Counted from the stretch's first letter, positions 38,172-47,725 are shown. The stretch: 64,000 bases of DNA from a virus (IMGVR_UViG_3300032236_001024:96001-160000), one strand, 5' to 3'. A program made the numbers and translations. The notes: generated from the letters alone by a model not told the origin.

Positions 38172-38966
38172 TTATTTGAATTGCCAGTATTTCTTCTTCT
38201 CACCTTCCCTGATCATTTCAACAACAGCAGCTTCAATTGCTCTCTGTGTAGCTAGATTCACACTTTCATTAATAGCATGACCAGCTTCACCTTCTATACT
38301 CAATGTACCAGCGTCAACAAATTTCATTATATTTATATTATCAGAGAAACTTAATATAGTTTTTGATGTAGTAACACTTATTAAAACTTCGCCAGTATTT
38401 ACTGATATTACTCTAAGATTTACTGTCACTAAATCCGATCTGTATTGAGTACTTGGACCAATTCCAAATACTCTTACACCAAGACCATCACTTTGAACAG
38501 TTGTATCATAACCGATTACACCACCTTCAATAATCAAACCAGAAAATAAAAGAGGCTCAAGTGGTTTTGCTTTTTCTCCTTCATAAAGATCACGCATCGA
38601 TTTAATAAGTTGACGTTCTTTGATCAAATTATCAACATCAATACGTTCAATTACACGAAACCATTTTCCATCACCAACATCTTGTAATGCTTTGACAAGA
38701 TAAGCATCAGGTGCTTGTGTAACAGCAGATGAAAACACTGCTAATTTATCGTTAGGTTTACGTTGTCCAGTTTGATCTTTAAAATTATATACACTGACAG
38801 TAACTTTACCACCCTTTGGTGGTTTTAATTGATTTTCTTCACGCTTGAAAAAATCTGGATTGACAATTTTTGGTTGTTCAACTATTTGTTCTGGTTCTGA
38901 ATATAGTATTGTTGACGCACACCCACTCAAAAACAAAAAACTGATTGCAGCAATAACTTTTTTCAT
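38172..38966 (-). CDS. csgG: curli secretion channel CsgG-like lipoprotein
   Basis: Lipobox LSGC; VYNFKDQTGQRKP, SSAVTQ, WFRVIER, EGGVIGYD, QYRSD.VTVNLR. Confidence 0.92.
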   Translation of the reverse strand: MKKVIAAISFLFLSGCASTILYSEPEQIVEQPKIVNPDFFKREENQLKPPKGGKVTVSVYNFKDQTGQRKPNDKLAVFSSAVTQAPDAYLVKALQDVGDGKWFRVIERIDVDNLIKERQLIKSMRDLYEGEKAKPLEPLLFSGLIIEGGVIGYDTTVQSDGLGVRVFGIGPSTQYRSDLVTVNLRVISVNTGEVLISVTTSKTILSFSDNINIMKFVDAGTLSIEGEAGHAINESVNLATQRAIEAAVVEMIREGEKKKYWQFK

Positions 38967-38973
38967 TTTTCAC

Positions 38974-39417
38974 CTATTGAACAAAAGTAGTGCTTGGAAC
39001 AATCAATTCAGTTGTTCCTTTGGGGGTTACAGTAGTAACTGTAACTGTTCCATTAAGATTTTTCTGCCAAGAAATAGTTGTAGTACCAAAAGTAATAATA
39101 CCATGATCAACACCATTACCAAAAATAGAATTAGTAACTTGCTGAGATAATTGTTGATAAACCATTGAATTCAATGTCATAACAAACTGATTAATTGGAT
39201 CAGAAGCAGCTTTAGCCGCTTCTTCTGCTTTTGCAAGAGAAATATTATCTTTGATTTTTTGTTTGTTTGCTTGCTCCAACTGATAGATGCTGGTTACATG
39301 TGCTGTATAACCATTACCATTAAATGCTGGAGAATTAAATTGGAATTGTAAATCATCAGCTAATGAGTTTGTTGCAAACAAAGAAAGCAAAAATACAAAT
39401 AATAATCTCATAATCAA
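38974..39417 (-). CDS. csgF: curli assembly protein CsgF-like
   Basis: Signal peptide then DLQFQFNSPAFNGNG, the CsgF N-terminal peptide that binds CsgG. Confidence 0.8.
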   Translation of the reverse strand: MIMRLLFVFLLSLFATNSLADDLQFQFNSPAFNGNGYTAHVTSIYQLEQANKQKIKDNISLAKAEEAAKAASDPINQFVMTLNSMVYQQLSQQVTNSIFGNGVDHGIITFGTTTISWQKNLNGTVTVTTVTPKGTTELIVPSTTFVQ

Positions 39418-39662
39418 ACTCCTGTTTTTTTCTTATTTATTGTTTTTCGATTTTCTCTCTTGTTTTTTTCATACCAGAACTTACTACTAGTACGGAGCTT
39501 TTCAGCACTAACTCTTACATGCTCAAGAAGAGCAGTGGCAAGTACCGATTGATGATACCGCCACTCTCTGTCTTCTTGTTCAACCATATCGGTTATTAGT
39601 TCCAGAGCCATATCTACATATGGACAAACGTGCTCAGGAACTACTGGTTTCTTTGTGTTCAT
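39414..39662 (-). CDS. hypothetical protein
   Basis: PEHVCPYVD motif; coupled ORF. Confidence 0.5.
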   Translation of the reverse strand: MNTKKPVVPEHVCPYVDMALELITDMVEQEDREWRYHQSVLATALLEHVRVSAEKLRTSSKFWYEKNKRENRKTINKKKTGV

Positions 39663-40345
39663 ATGTCAAGCGCATCCTTGAGTGATGGGAACTTCTCAAC
39701 GATCTGATTCCCAGCATCGATAGCAATCTCACGATGTTCCTTCTGAGTCTCTGGACCAGAGCGAAGTTGGCAGTAATGAATCCAAGAACGAAGCGTTCCA
39801 TTCATATACATACGAGAAACAGTCAGACCTTCTGGAAGAACAGCACGAGCCTGTTCCTTAGCAATACCTCTACGAATAGCCCAATTATATGCTTCCTGAG
39901 AGTTTGCAATTACTTCTTCTTGCTTCTTACGCCATCCATTCTGTAGTTCAGGATCATCATATTCAATAGAATTCTGACGATTCTTCTCATCCTGAATACG
40001 TGCTTCACGAGCAAAGAAACCCAAGTCCTGAGTAGGATCAGCATAACGCTGAGAGAATTCCTGAAACGAGAACGAACGGTGACGAAGAATCTGACGAGCA
40101 ATATCACGAGTCGTATTGATTTCCATCACAACACTGACCATTTCAAATGGAGACCAATGCTTATGCTTGGCAAGATAACGAAGAAGCTTGGTTGCAGTCA
40201 GTGTGTTGTTCTGATTGGATGGATTGGAAACACGAGCTACATAAGCAACAAATTCATCAACAGACATTAAAGGAGCAGCAGTTCCAATATTACCATTAAC
40301 GCTAATCGTAGGTTGAGTGATAGCAATAATTCGAGCATTATTCAT
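39659..40345 (-). CDS. thyX: FAD-dependent thymidylate synthase
   Basis: HWSPFE, RQILRHRSFSFQEFSQRY, KEQARAVLP, QKEHR. Confidence 0.95.
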   Translation of the reverse strand: MNNARIIAITQPTISVNGNIGTAAPLMSVDEFVAYVARVSNPSNQNNTLTATKLLRYLAKHKHWSPFEMVSVVMEINTTRDIARQILRHRSFSFQEFSQRYADPTQDLGFFAREARIQDEKNRQNSIEYDDPELQNGWRKKQEEVIANSQEAYNWAIRRGIAKEQARAVLPEGLTVSRMYMNGTLRSWIHYCQLRSGPETQKEHREIAIDAGNQIVEKFPSLKDALDI

Positions 40346-40356
40346 AATATAATTCC

Positions 40357-40590
40357 TTATTCGTTAATTTTACCATCCCAAATTTCAATGGTACTTTTAT
40401 TGACCATCTTCATTATTTGATTGGCAGTTTCTTCAACTTCCCATGATTGTGCAGGATTTCCGCCATAAACAAAAGTTTTTTCTCCTTCTATACCATCCAT
40501 ATCATATACACATGTAATGTGATCTGGATTAAAATATAAAGTAGTACCTTTAATGTCTTGACGAGCATTTGTAAGTCTGATGAATTTCAT
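40357..40590 (-). CDS. hypothetical protein
   Basis: MKFIRLTN...FNPDHI...VEET. Confidence 0.5.
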   Translation of the reverse strand: MKFIRLTNARQDIKGTTLYFNPDHITCVYDMDGIEGEKTFVYGGNPAQSWEVEETANQIMKMVNKSTIEIWDGKINE

Positions 40591-40610
40591 AATATATCCT
40601 TATAGAAAAA

Positions 40611-40687
40611 TGGTGCGTGGAGCGGGATTCGAACCCGCCCTGTACTGATTTTAAGTCAGTTGTCTCCTGCCTCTGGACTACCCACGC
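40611..40687 (-). tRNA. tRNA-Leu(TAA), short variable loop
   Basis: ACTGA-CTTAAAA-TCAGT arm, TTCGAAT T-loop, CCA. Confidence 0.85.
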
Positions 40688-40692
40688 ATTAT

Positions 40693-40769
40693 TGGCGGTT
40701 CCTGAAGGATTCGAACCCTCGACCTACGGAGTAGAAATCCGTCACTCTGTCCAGCTGAGTTAAGGAACC
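40693..40769 (-). tRNA. tRNA-Arg(TCT)
   Basis: Canonical cloverleaf, ACGGA-TTTCTAC-TCCGT, CCA. Confidence 0.92.
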
Positions 40770-40788
40770 TTGTAAAAACTATGGATGC

Positions 40789-40817
40789 ATATTAACACCC
40801 ATAGTTTATTTTGTCAA
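40789..40817 (-). promoter_or_regulatory. sigma70 promoter for tRNA pair
   Basis: TTGACA-N17-TAATAT. Confidence 0.7.
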
Positions 40818-40823
40818 GTGGTA

Positions 40824-41351
40824 TTAGAACTTGTAATTTACGCCAGCTGTGAAAGCGTTATTCTTGGTGCCAGTTTCATTCTTGAAATTAGCAAGATAAC
40901 GATAACGTGCGTCAATTTCGAAGTTCTTAGTTAGACCATAACGAACACCACCACCTATATTATAGATAGTCTGGTTCTTAACATCATTCCATGCATAACC
41001 TACACCAGCAAGAGCATAAGGTGTAATGTTAAAGAAGTTAAGAGGAAGCTGACCAATAACATTACCAGTTACAACTTCTGCCTTACCAACCTTATTCTTG
41101 TCGCTGAAATGATCATAATCAAGTTCCACACGAGCAAACTTATTTACTTCGTATCCAGCATTGCCACCAACTGTCCAGTTGTGAGCTTCATTCTTGTAAA
41201 GATCACCACCACGAATACCAACAAAGAAAGGAAGACTTGCTGAACTTGCTACAGGAGCAGGAGCAGGAGGTGCAATCTTTGATGGAAGATCAGCAGAAAG
41301 TGCTGCAGTTGAAGCAACAATAGCAGCGAGTGTAATAATAGACTTGAACAT
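40824..41351 (-). CDS. outer-membrane beta-barrel, Omp25/RopB-like
   Basis: Signal peptide + ADLPSK..PPAP, alternating aromatic strands, terminal Phe (GVNYKF). Confidence 0.8.
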   Translation of the reverse strand: MFKSIITLAAIVASTAALSADLPSKIAPPAPAPVASSASLPFFVGIRGGDLYKNEAHNWTVGGNAGYEVNKFARVELDYDHFSDKNKVGKAEVVTGNVIGQLPLNFFNITPYALAGVGYAWNDVKNQTIYNIGGGVRYGLTKNFEIDARYRYLANFKNETGTKNNAFTAGVNYKF

Positions 41352-41374
41352 TTTTTTCTCCTTGTGTTAATTTT

Positions 41375-41466
41375 TGGTAGGGGCTACAGGATTCGAACCT
41401 ATTCGAGAACGCTAATCGGGCGCTAGAAGGTTTATAAGACCTCCCTGTGTACCAACACCAACCCCC
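41375..41466 (-). tRNA. non-canonical tRNA with TAT anticodon and long variable arm
   Basis: GTGT-TGGT-ACAC D arm, GGAGGT-CTTATAA-ACCTTC anticodon arm, about 23-nt V arm, AGG-TTCGAAT-CCT, ACCA. Confidence 0.7.
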
Positions 41467-41698
41467 ATCCGTTTATATTACATCATCTTGTTTGATAATG
41501 CAATCTCTAATTTGGAATAAGCATTTTCTTTTCTGCCTCGTTTATCTCAGCGATGCGTTTTTCCAAATACTTAATGATGATATCATTATCATCACCCTTA
41601 TATATCTTTAACCTATTGTTCAGTTCATCCACAAAAGCTGATTTCTTTAAAATTTCTACGGAATAGTTAAAATTCATGTGAATGATTCCTTTACAGTT

Positions 41699-42373
41699 TT
41701 AGTCCCAGAGACCATGGTAGTATTTAGCAAATAGACGAAGCCCATTTTTTCGACGTTCCCAAGCCTTGTCCATAGCTTCTCTGTCTACTTTGAATGTATG
41801 ATTAGGACCAGTTCCCATTTTTGTATAGCCAGTTTTTTCATCTTTTTCCCAAGTGAAATCAGATGTTCCTGTTTCAAACTGAAGTTCCCATTCATCATCA
41901 ACTTCACATTCAAATGCATGAATCATTTCATCAATAACCCATTCCCAACGATCATGAACTGTGTTATCAATATCCCATTCCTCAATCTTACCATCTGCTG
42001 CAAGTTTAACACGCTCCGGATCAGGATGCAAATGTTCAGGAACATCTTCTAGATCAACATGTGGACTACCATGTTTTTGATCTTTAAGCTTCAAAAGCAT
42101 AGGATGAACAATTAATGCAAGAGTGTGATCCATAGACCACAAATCATAATCATGTATTTTAATATTGATCTTACGTTTTGAATTGATTTTATTAATAGTA
42201 CGGTTTAGAACAACTTGCCAGTTTTCACAACACCATGTGACAATTTTATCAAGGGTTGTGTAATCTTTTTCATTAATATCCCAATAATTATCACCATACT
42301 TTTTTTCAAAGTACCAACGCTCAAATACATAAGCTGACCAATCAGTTTTATACGGTCCCATATAAACTTTCAT
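41699..42373 (-). CDS. conserved phage hypothetical protein
   Basis: IHDYDLWSMDHTLALIVHPML..LK..KHGSP...RWEWVIDEMI. Confidence 0.6.
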   Translation of the reverse strand: MKVYMGPYKTDWSAYVFERWYFEKKYGDNYWDINEKDYTTLDKIVTWCCENWQVVLNRTINKINSKRKINIKIHDYDLWSMDHTLALIVHPMLLKLKDQKHGSPHVDLEDVPEHLHPDPERVKLAADGKIEEWDIDNTVHDRWEWVIDEMIHAFECEVDDEWELQFETGTSDFTWEKDEKTGYTKMGTGPNHTFKVDREAMDKAWERRKNGLRLFAKYYHGLWD

Positions 42374-42539
42374 TAGTCTTCCCTTTCCACTTTCAAACCT
42401 TGTTTGGCAAACCAAGTGATAGCTATCAATTTTTCTTCATCTGTGTAATAAGAAGATTCCAGAACCATATTAATTCTTTTTAGGATATCTGTCAACCAAT
42501 TTATTTGTGCTTGCTTAAGGTCAAGTTCAACATTCGCCA

Positions 42540-43298
42540 TCAGAACACCATCCAGTTATTTTTATAATCCATACGATACTTTTCATGATTTACAATTCCC
42601 ATCAAAGTCTTATCAGGCGGGATCATGTTGTATCTTGCTGTCTTTTCATTTGGCTGTGTATAAGATTTCTTTTCTTCAATTGCAGCAATACAAGGACTAG
42701 GATCAACTACACGAAGAGGAATACTAAAAGCATTAGTAACACCCATCATATGATCAATAGAAACACCAAGAGGAAGCATAGGCAATCTATCAAGTGCTTC
42801 TAGACATGCATTCGCAGTCCATGGGGTCAATGCATAAGCATGTGTTCCTTCAAACTTTGTGATATCAACTTTCGTATAAGGAGCATCAATACACTCATAA
42901 TCATCACGATTATCAAACCGATAACCTAAAAAAACAAATTCATGATCTACAACGTCCACATCAAGAAAATTCTTTTTAACCAATGCATCATGTTCAAACA
43001 CTGCAACAGCACCTTTATGATCTGCAGCAATCTTCTTCCATATAGCAAGATGACCAGTTATACAACACTGTTCCTTAAACCATACATCAAAAACAGGATC
43101 ATCCTTATTTTCTTCTACAACACGATTTACACGAAATCCCCATTTCTCATGTATATGATCAACAGTTGTAGGAAGCTTCAAACCAAGAAAAGGAGTTACT
43201 GGAATGCCATGCTCTTCGCAGGACTTCTTACACTCTTCCATATACTTAATTGAATTTGGCTCATCAATGTAAAGAATATATGCATGTTCAATTTTCAT
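42540..43298 (-). CDS. GT25-like glycosyltransferase
   Basis: AYILYID, C..GHLAIWKKI, VFEHDA, THAYAL. Confidence 0.65.
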   Translation of the reverse strand: MKIEHAYILYIDEPNSIKYMEECKKSCEEHGIPVTPFLGLKLPTTVDHIHEKWGFRVNRVVEENKDDPVFDVWFKEQCCITGHLAIWKKIAADHKGAVAVFEHDALVKKNFLDVDVVDHEFVFLGYRFDNRDDYECIDAPYTKVDITKFEGTHAYALTPWTANACLEALDRLPMLPLGVSIDHMMGVTNAFSIPLRVVDPSPCIAAIEEKKSYTQPNEKTARYNMIPPDKTLMGIVNHEKYRMDYKNNWMVF

Positions 43299-43378
43299 AT
43301 TTCACCTTATGATTTTTTAAATTTTCTTCCTTTATAATACCCTAAAGATATCCATTTTTCAAGATCATCTTTTTTTAT

Positions 43379-43744
43379 TTAGGCGTCTCTCGTAACAAAG
43401 TGAGGACGAATCTTGGTAGGTTCAAAATACTTCTGAACAACTTCAAATACTACATCATCTTCGAAGTCTTTGCAAGAGAAAACATCCATATAGAAATCAC
43501 CATTGTTTTCACAGAAGTGACCAGCAATATGTGATGTTTCAATCATCTGAACAAAACTAATACCAGCCTTATCAGGATCATGTGTTGCAAAACGACTAAT
43601 TATTGGTTCTCCATATGCAACCATGTCAATAGCAAAAACTAACTCTTTTACAAAATTATATACATTTTCTTCAGAAGTAATCAACTCATGATTACCACCA
43701 GAACAATCCAAAAGCAAGTGCCAGCCCCAAGGTTCTACAATCAT
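43379..43744 (-). CDS. speD: S-adenosylmethionine decarboxylase-like proenzyme
   Basis: WGWHLLLDC, GISFVQMIETSHI.GHF, YMDVFSCKDF. Confidence 0.75.
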   Translation of the reverse strand: MIVEPWGWHLLLDCSGGNHELITSEENVYNFVKELVFAIDMVAYGEPIISRFATHDPDKAGISFVQMIETSHIAGHFCENNGDFYMDVFSCKDFEDDVVFEVVQKYFEPTKIRPHFVTRDA

Positions 43745-43789
43745 TTCATTTCTCCATAAAAAAGAATACACCCTATGTATTCGGTTGTG

Positions 43790-44554
43790 TTAAACAGGTC
43801 TTCTATAATCTAAAACATAATTAACGGGGAAATAAGCAACATTTACGGATTTGCTTTGGTTTCCACCAAGAACCTTCACGTATAGTTGATTACCTTCCCA
43901 TTCATAACCATTAAAGAAACCGACATGTCCTGTTTCTGAGCTTTTTCCACGCTTCAAAACAACAATGTCCCCTTCTCTAGGGGTTTTAGTTTTAATACCA
44001 TAAGAAAGAAAACTTCTAGCCATAAGACTATCTGTTCCTTCATATCCAGTACGACGAAGTACTGCATTAGCAAAAGCAGCACACCATGGCGTCCTTACAG
44101 GATCAACAGGTGTGTCATGTGTAGTCGAAGCTTTGAGATAAGTTTTAATTTCTTCTCTATTCTTTCGAGTATTTAGCCCCTCAAGTCTAGAAGCTTCATT
44201 TATAATTTTAGTTTTGGAATTGTTAAATCCTTGATTTGAAATATCAGCAACTTTATTGGTCTGACGAGGTTCAAATTTAGTAGGAACAAATCCAATATTT
44301 TCACAAGCAAAAAATGCAGAAGCTGAAATATCAGAACCAAGATTATAATTATTATAACACTGTGTTTTCAAATCTGCAATAGTTGGTGTTTTATCTTTTA
44401 CCTTATTTTTTACTTGTTGTTTTTTTGTCACTTTTTTCTTTTCCTTCACAGGAATTACAGAAGAAAGTGGTTCAGCATATACATTATTTGGAATCATTTC
44501 TCCAATAGCAAATACACCTAATAATGCAAATACTGAAGTATTTATTTTTTTCAT
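43790..44554 (-). CDS. TIGR02594-like NlpC/P60-superfamily cell-wall peptidase
   Basis: TPWCAAFANAVL, ARSFLSYG, GDIVVL.RG...GHVGF, LGGNQS. Confidence 0.8.
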   Translation of the reverse strand: MKKINTSVFALLGVFAIGEMIPNNVYAEPLSSVIPVKEKKKVTKKQQVKNKVKDKTPTIADLKTQCYNNYNLGSDISASAFFACENIGFVPTKFEPRQTNKVADISNQGFNNSKTKIINEASRLEGLNTRKNREEIKTYLKASTTHDTPVDPVRTPWCAAFANAVLRRTGYEGTDSLMARSFLSYGIKTKTPREGDIVVLKRGKSSETGHVGFFNGYEWEGNQLYVKVLGGNQSKSVNVAYFPVNYVLDYRRPV

Positions 44555-44727
44555 TTTAATCTCCTCTCATATGCAGCTATAAATGACAACTTGCTGCAGT
44601 ATGAACACATAGGGTGTATGTGTATTTATTGTTTTTTAATACTTGTTATTCTTCCTTTATAAAATCCATCCCTCATTTATATAATAGTCTTATTGATATT
44701 GCTATTTATATAAATGAGGTGTTTATG

Positions 44728-44798
44728 CTGAGAGACAGGGACTCGAACCCCGATAAGCAGATTCAAAGTCTGCGGTCCTACCATTAGACGATCTCTCA
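44728..44798 (-). tRNA. tRNA-Gln(TTG), CCA not encoded
   Basis: TGAGAGA/TCTCTCA acceptor, GCAGA-CTTTGAA-TCTGC. Confidence 0.85.
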
Positions 44799-44844
44799 AT
44801 TATTGACATAGTTTAATATGATTTGTTAACTATGTCAATTAATA

Positions 44845-45642
44845 TTATGACTTACAGATTCTTTTCTTATCGTCTGCGATAGTCTTTAAATCAGTTACAG
44901 GAACTGGATTCTTAATATTCTTGGCATCTGGAACAGGGAATGACAAACTTGACATTTTTTCGATATCGTTAACTGTTACTTGATACGTAGCAAAATCAGA
45001 TACCAATCCATCCTTATGAGGGAAATAGAAAGCATAAGATTTCTTAGTTACATTATTAATAATAATTTTAAATAGAGCATCTGGAACAACTACTTTGTTT
45101 GCTCCAATAGTTTTTATTCCACCAATATTACCAGCAATAATAGTATGAGCCTGCTTTGAAGAATACACCCATGCTCTACCAGCTGATTCTAAGTTCTTCC
45201 ATACACCACGATTAACAGAAGGAAGTTGTGGTGACATATTAGACATATAAAATGATTCACGTTCTACAGCCAAATCCCAAGACTGATCAGCATCATTAGC
45301 AAGATGCCCCTGATCATAACCAGAACCAGCATAATCAGTAGGCTTAGGCGAAGCAGCACCAAGTGACTGATCTGCAGTGAATGCATTGGTACGTGGAATA
45401 CATCCAATAGCATGATCAGGTGTTAGTGTCCAAGAAACCCAATCAGGTGTCTTAGTCTGTGGATTAAATGCAAGCAAATAACCTGTACGACAAACAAGTG
45501 TATAACCAGTCTTAATTGCAGGCTGACCATAAGGAATATGAACAGCGCACTGAGCAATAGGAAGAGGTGGTGCTTGGTCTGCAGCGTATACACCAAATGA
45601 TGAAGCCAAGAACAAGAAAGAAGTAATTAATAATTTATTCAT
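44845..45642 (-). CDS. DNA/RNA non-specific endonuclease (secreted)
   Basis: Signal peptide; YAGSGYDQGHLA, SFYMSNMSPQ..SVNRGVWKNLE. Confidence 0.9.
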   Translation of the reverse strand: MNKLLITSFLFLASSFGVYAADQAPPLPIAQCAVHIPYGQPAIKTGYTLVCRTGYLLAFNPQTKTPDWVSWTLTPDHAIGCIPRTNAFTADQSLGAASPKPTDYAGSGYDQGHLANDADQSWDLAVERESFYMSNMSPQLPSVNRGVWKNLESAGRAWVYSSKQAHTIIAGNIGGIKTIGANKVVVPDALFKIIINNVTKKSYAFYFPHKDGLVSDFATYQVTVNDIEKMSSLSFPVPDAKNIKNPVPVTDLKTIADDKKRICKS

Positions 45643-45674
45643 AATATTTCTCCAAGAAATTATATACCCCTTAT

Positions 45675-46466
45675 TTAGGCATAAAATTTCTTGGTGGCTC
45701 TAGCTTCAAATAACCTAGTACTAGTTACTGATGAAATATCTTTGATATTAAATGCATTTGTTTCTTTTTCAGAGCACACCCACATTTCATCTTTATATCT
45801 AATAGATGCATGTCTGAACCATTCATGCCAATGATCTTTTTGTAAATCAAACCACCATTGATCTGTAATAGGATCAGGCAATTTTTTCACATGAGATGAT
45901 TTAGTCCACCAAAAATTTCCACTATAATGAGGCTCAGGCTCAGTCATATAATTTGTTCCTGCAACGTCAAAATTACTGTCTAGTGAATTTATACATTGCT
46001 TCCATTCATCAATGACTCCCCATACAAGATATTCTTTCCAATAATAATAATTTATAAAACAATCAAAATTATAAGTTTTCAAATATCTTTCAAATGATGT
46101 AATTCCTTTTGAATGATTGTAAAGAAAATATGCATCTTCTTTACATGCATGATCATATAAAAGTTTTATTGTAGTATTTTCATTAACTTGTGGAGGAAAT
46201 GAATGAGCATCATTCAGTGACAATAAATTATTATCATTCCCCATAGGATTATCATATGCTGTGAACTCATACTTATTCGAAAGAGTTTTAGCTAATCCAT
46301 ATGCTAATCTGATATTATCTATGTTGCCGATTACTATTAGATGAATTTTTTCTAACTCATCTAATAGTCCAGAGTCTTCCATTTTTTTATAATTATCTAA
46401 AAGAAATGAAGACCATGCAGCAACATCATCTGTCAGATATAGATGATAGTACGCATATTTTTTCAC
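45675..46466 (-). CDS. glycosyltransferase-like protein
   Basis: YFLYNHSKG, W.EYL.W, PHYSGNFWW; in glycan cluster. Confidence 0.5.
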   Translation of the reverse strand: MKKYAYYHLYLTDDVAAWSSFLLDNYKKMEDSGLLDELEKIHLIVIGNIDNIRLAYGLAKTLSNKYEFTAYDNPMGNDNNLLSLNDAHSFPPQVNENTTIKLLYDHACKEDAYFLYNHSKGITSFERYLKTYNFDCFINYYYWKEYLVWGVIDEWKQCINSLDSNFDVAGTNYMTEPEPHYSGNFWWTKSSHVKKLPDPITDQWWFDLQKDHWHEWFRHASIRYKDEMWVCSEKETNAFNIKDISSVTSTRLFEARATKKFYA

Positions 46467-47725
46467 TTCTTCATCTCAACCTTTGGGAAATAAGTAATGA
46501 AACGATCATACTGATGTTCTTCCTTATTCCTACGTTCCTTAATCTTATTACGAATCTCATCAAAGAAATTCCATGCAAGAGGAACGAAAAGAGTTGTACC
46601 AATATTATCAATAGCATCAGCTGATACAATCGGTATGGAAGAACCGGGAGTAAATCTTCCCTGCTTCAATGGATTATCATCAACAATAAAATCAAGCTTG
46701 ATCTTAGAATAGTTGAGTAGAGTCATACCCTTTGCAGCTGCGCCATAACCAACAACATTCCAACCAATATCATTCTGACGAACAAAATCAGTTTCGTACT
46801 TAAGTTTAGTCACAATATTCTCAGCATTCTGTGCATACTTAATATAAGTATCTTCATCATAACGCTTATTATTTCTTTCAATCTGAATCAATTGATCAAT
46901 CTTACCTTCGAAGAAAGGAAAACGAATTTCAGGATTCTTTGAAATAACAAACACGTAACTAGTGCCATGAATTGGCATATACTGAACATCAAGAAGATGA
47001 AGACCAGCTCTCTTACACAATTCATTCATAGACTGAATATTAAAGAATGAAATGTGCTCATGATAGATGGTATCAAATTCATTGTTTTCAATCATGAATG
47101 CCTGTGATGTTTGAATAAACAACAAAGTATTATCATGCATAGCGTGTTTTGCAGTTTCCAAGAACCCAAGAGGATTTGGTCCATGTGCAAATACATTCTG
47201 TGCAGTGATAACATCAAATGTCATTGGGTCGCCATCAGGCGAAAGAATAGTATCATCAAGGAAATCTTCACCAAAGTAATCGCACCATACTGTGTGATTC
47301 TTAGAAGAACGCTCATACAAATTTTGAGCAGGGTCAACACCATAAGTAATGAATCCCAATTCCTTAAAATAATCTAATTGAGTACCATCATTGCATCCAA
47401 TATCAAGTACAGACAATTGCTTATCAGTTTCACCAAGCGTAGTTTTTACATACTTGGCAAAATGACCACAATGACTATGCATTGTAGTGGCTGTTCCACT
47501 AACATAAAGATAATCATCAAACATAAGATGAGGATCGACAGAATGAGTTAACTGAATGTGATAACAATCAGTACAACGATTAATAGCAAGAGGATACTCT
47601 TCCTGCACATCGTCTTTATTCAATTTATAAGAGTTTGCAAGAGGCTGAGTATTAAGATCAAGAGTAAGCTTAAGATTGTGTGATCCACATGCCACACATG
47701 ATGTAAGTTCTGTACAATTTTCCAT
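46463..47725 (-). CDS. NDP-hexose C-methyltransferase-like
   Basis: CVACG...C.DCYHIQL Zn site, LDIGCNDG, FDTIYHEH, GYGAAAKG, DDNPLKQG. Confidence 0.85.
   Translation of the reverse strand: MENCTELTSCVACGSHNLKLTLDLNTQPLANSYKLNKDDVQEEYPLAINRCTDCYHIQLTHSVDPHLMFDDYLYVSGTATTMHSHCGHFAKYVKTTLGETDKQLSVLDIGCNDGTQLDYFKELGFITYGVDPAQNLYERSSKNHTVWCDYFGEDFLDDTILSPDGDPMTFDVITAQNVFAHGPNPLGFLETAKHAMHDNTLLFIQTSQAFMIENNEFDTIYHEHISFFNIQSMNELCKRAGLHLLDVQYMPIHGTSYVFVISKNPEIRFPFFEGKIDQLIQIERNNKRYDEDTYIKYAQNAENIVTKLKYETDFVRQNDIGWNVVGYGAAAKGMTLLNYSKIKLDFIVDDNPLKQGRFTPGSSIPIVSADAIDNIGTTLFVPLAWNFFDEIRNKIKERRNKEEHQYDRFITYFPKVEMKK

Noticed and set aside
43766-44619. 13-bp inverted repeat ATACACCCTATGT flanking the TIGR02594-like gene
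   Set aside because: Matches this short occur by chance in 64 kb; no transposase or target duplication seen
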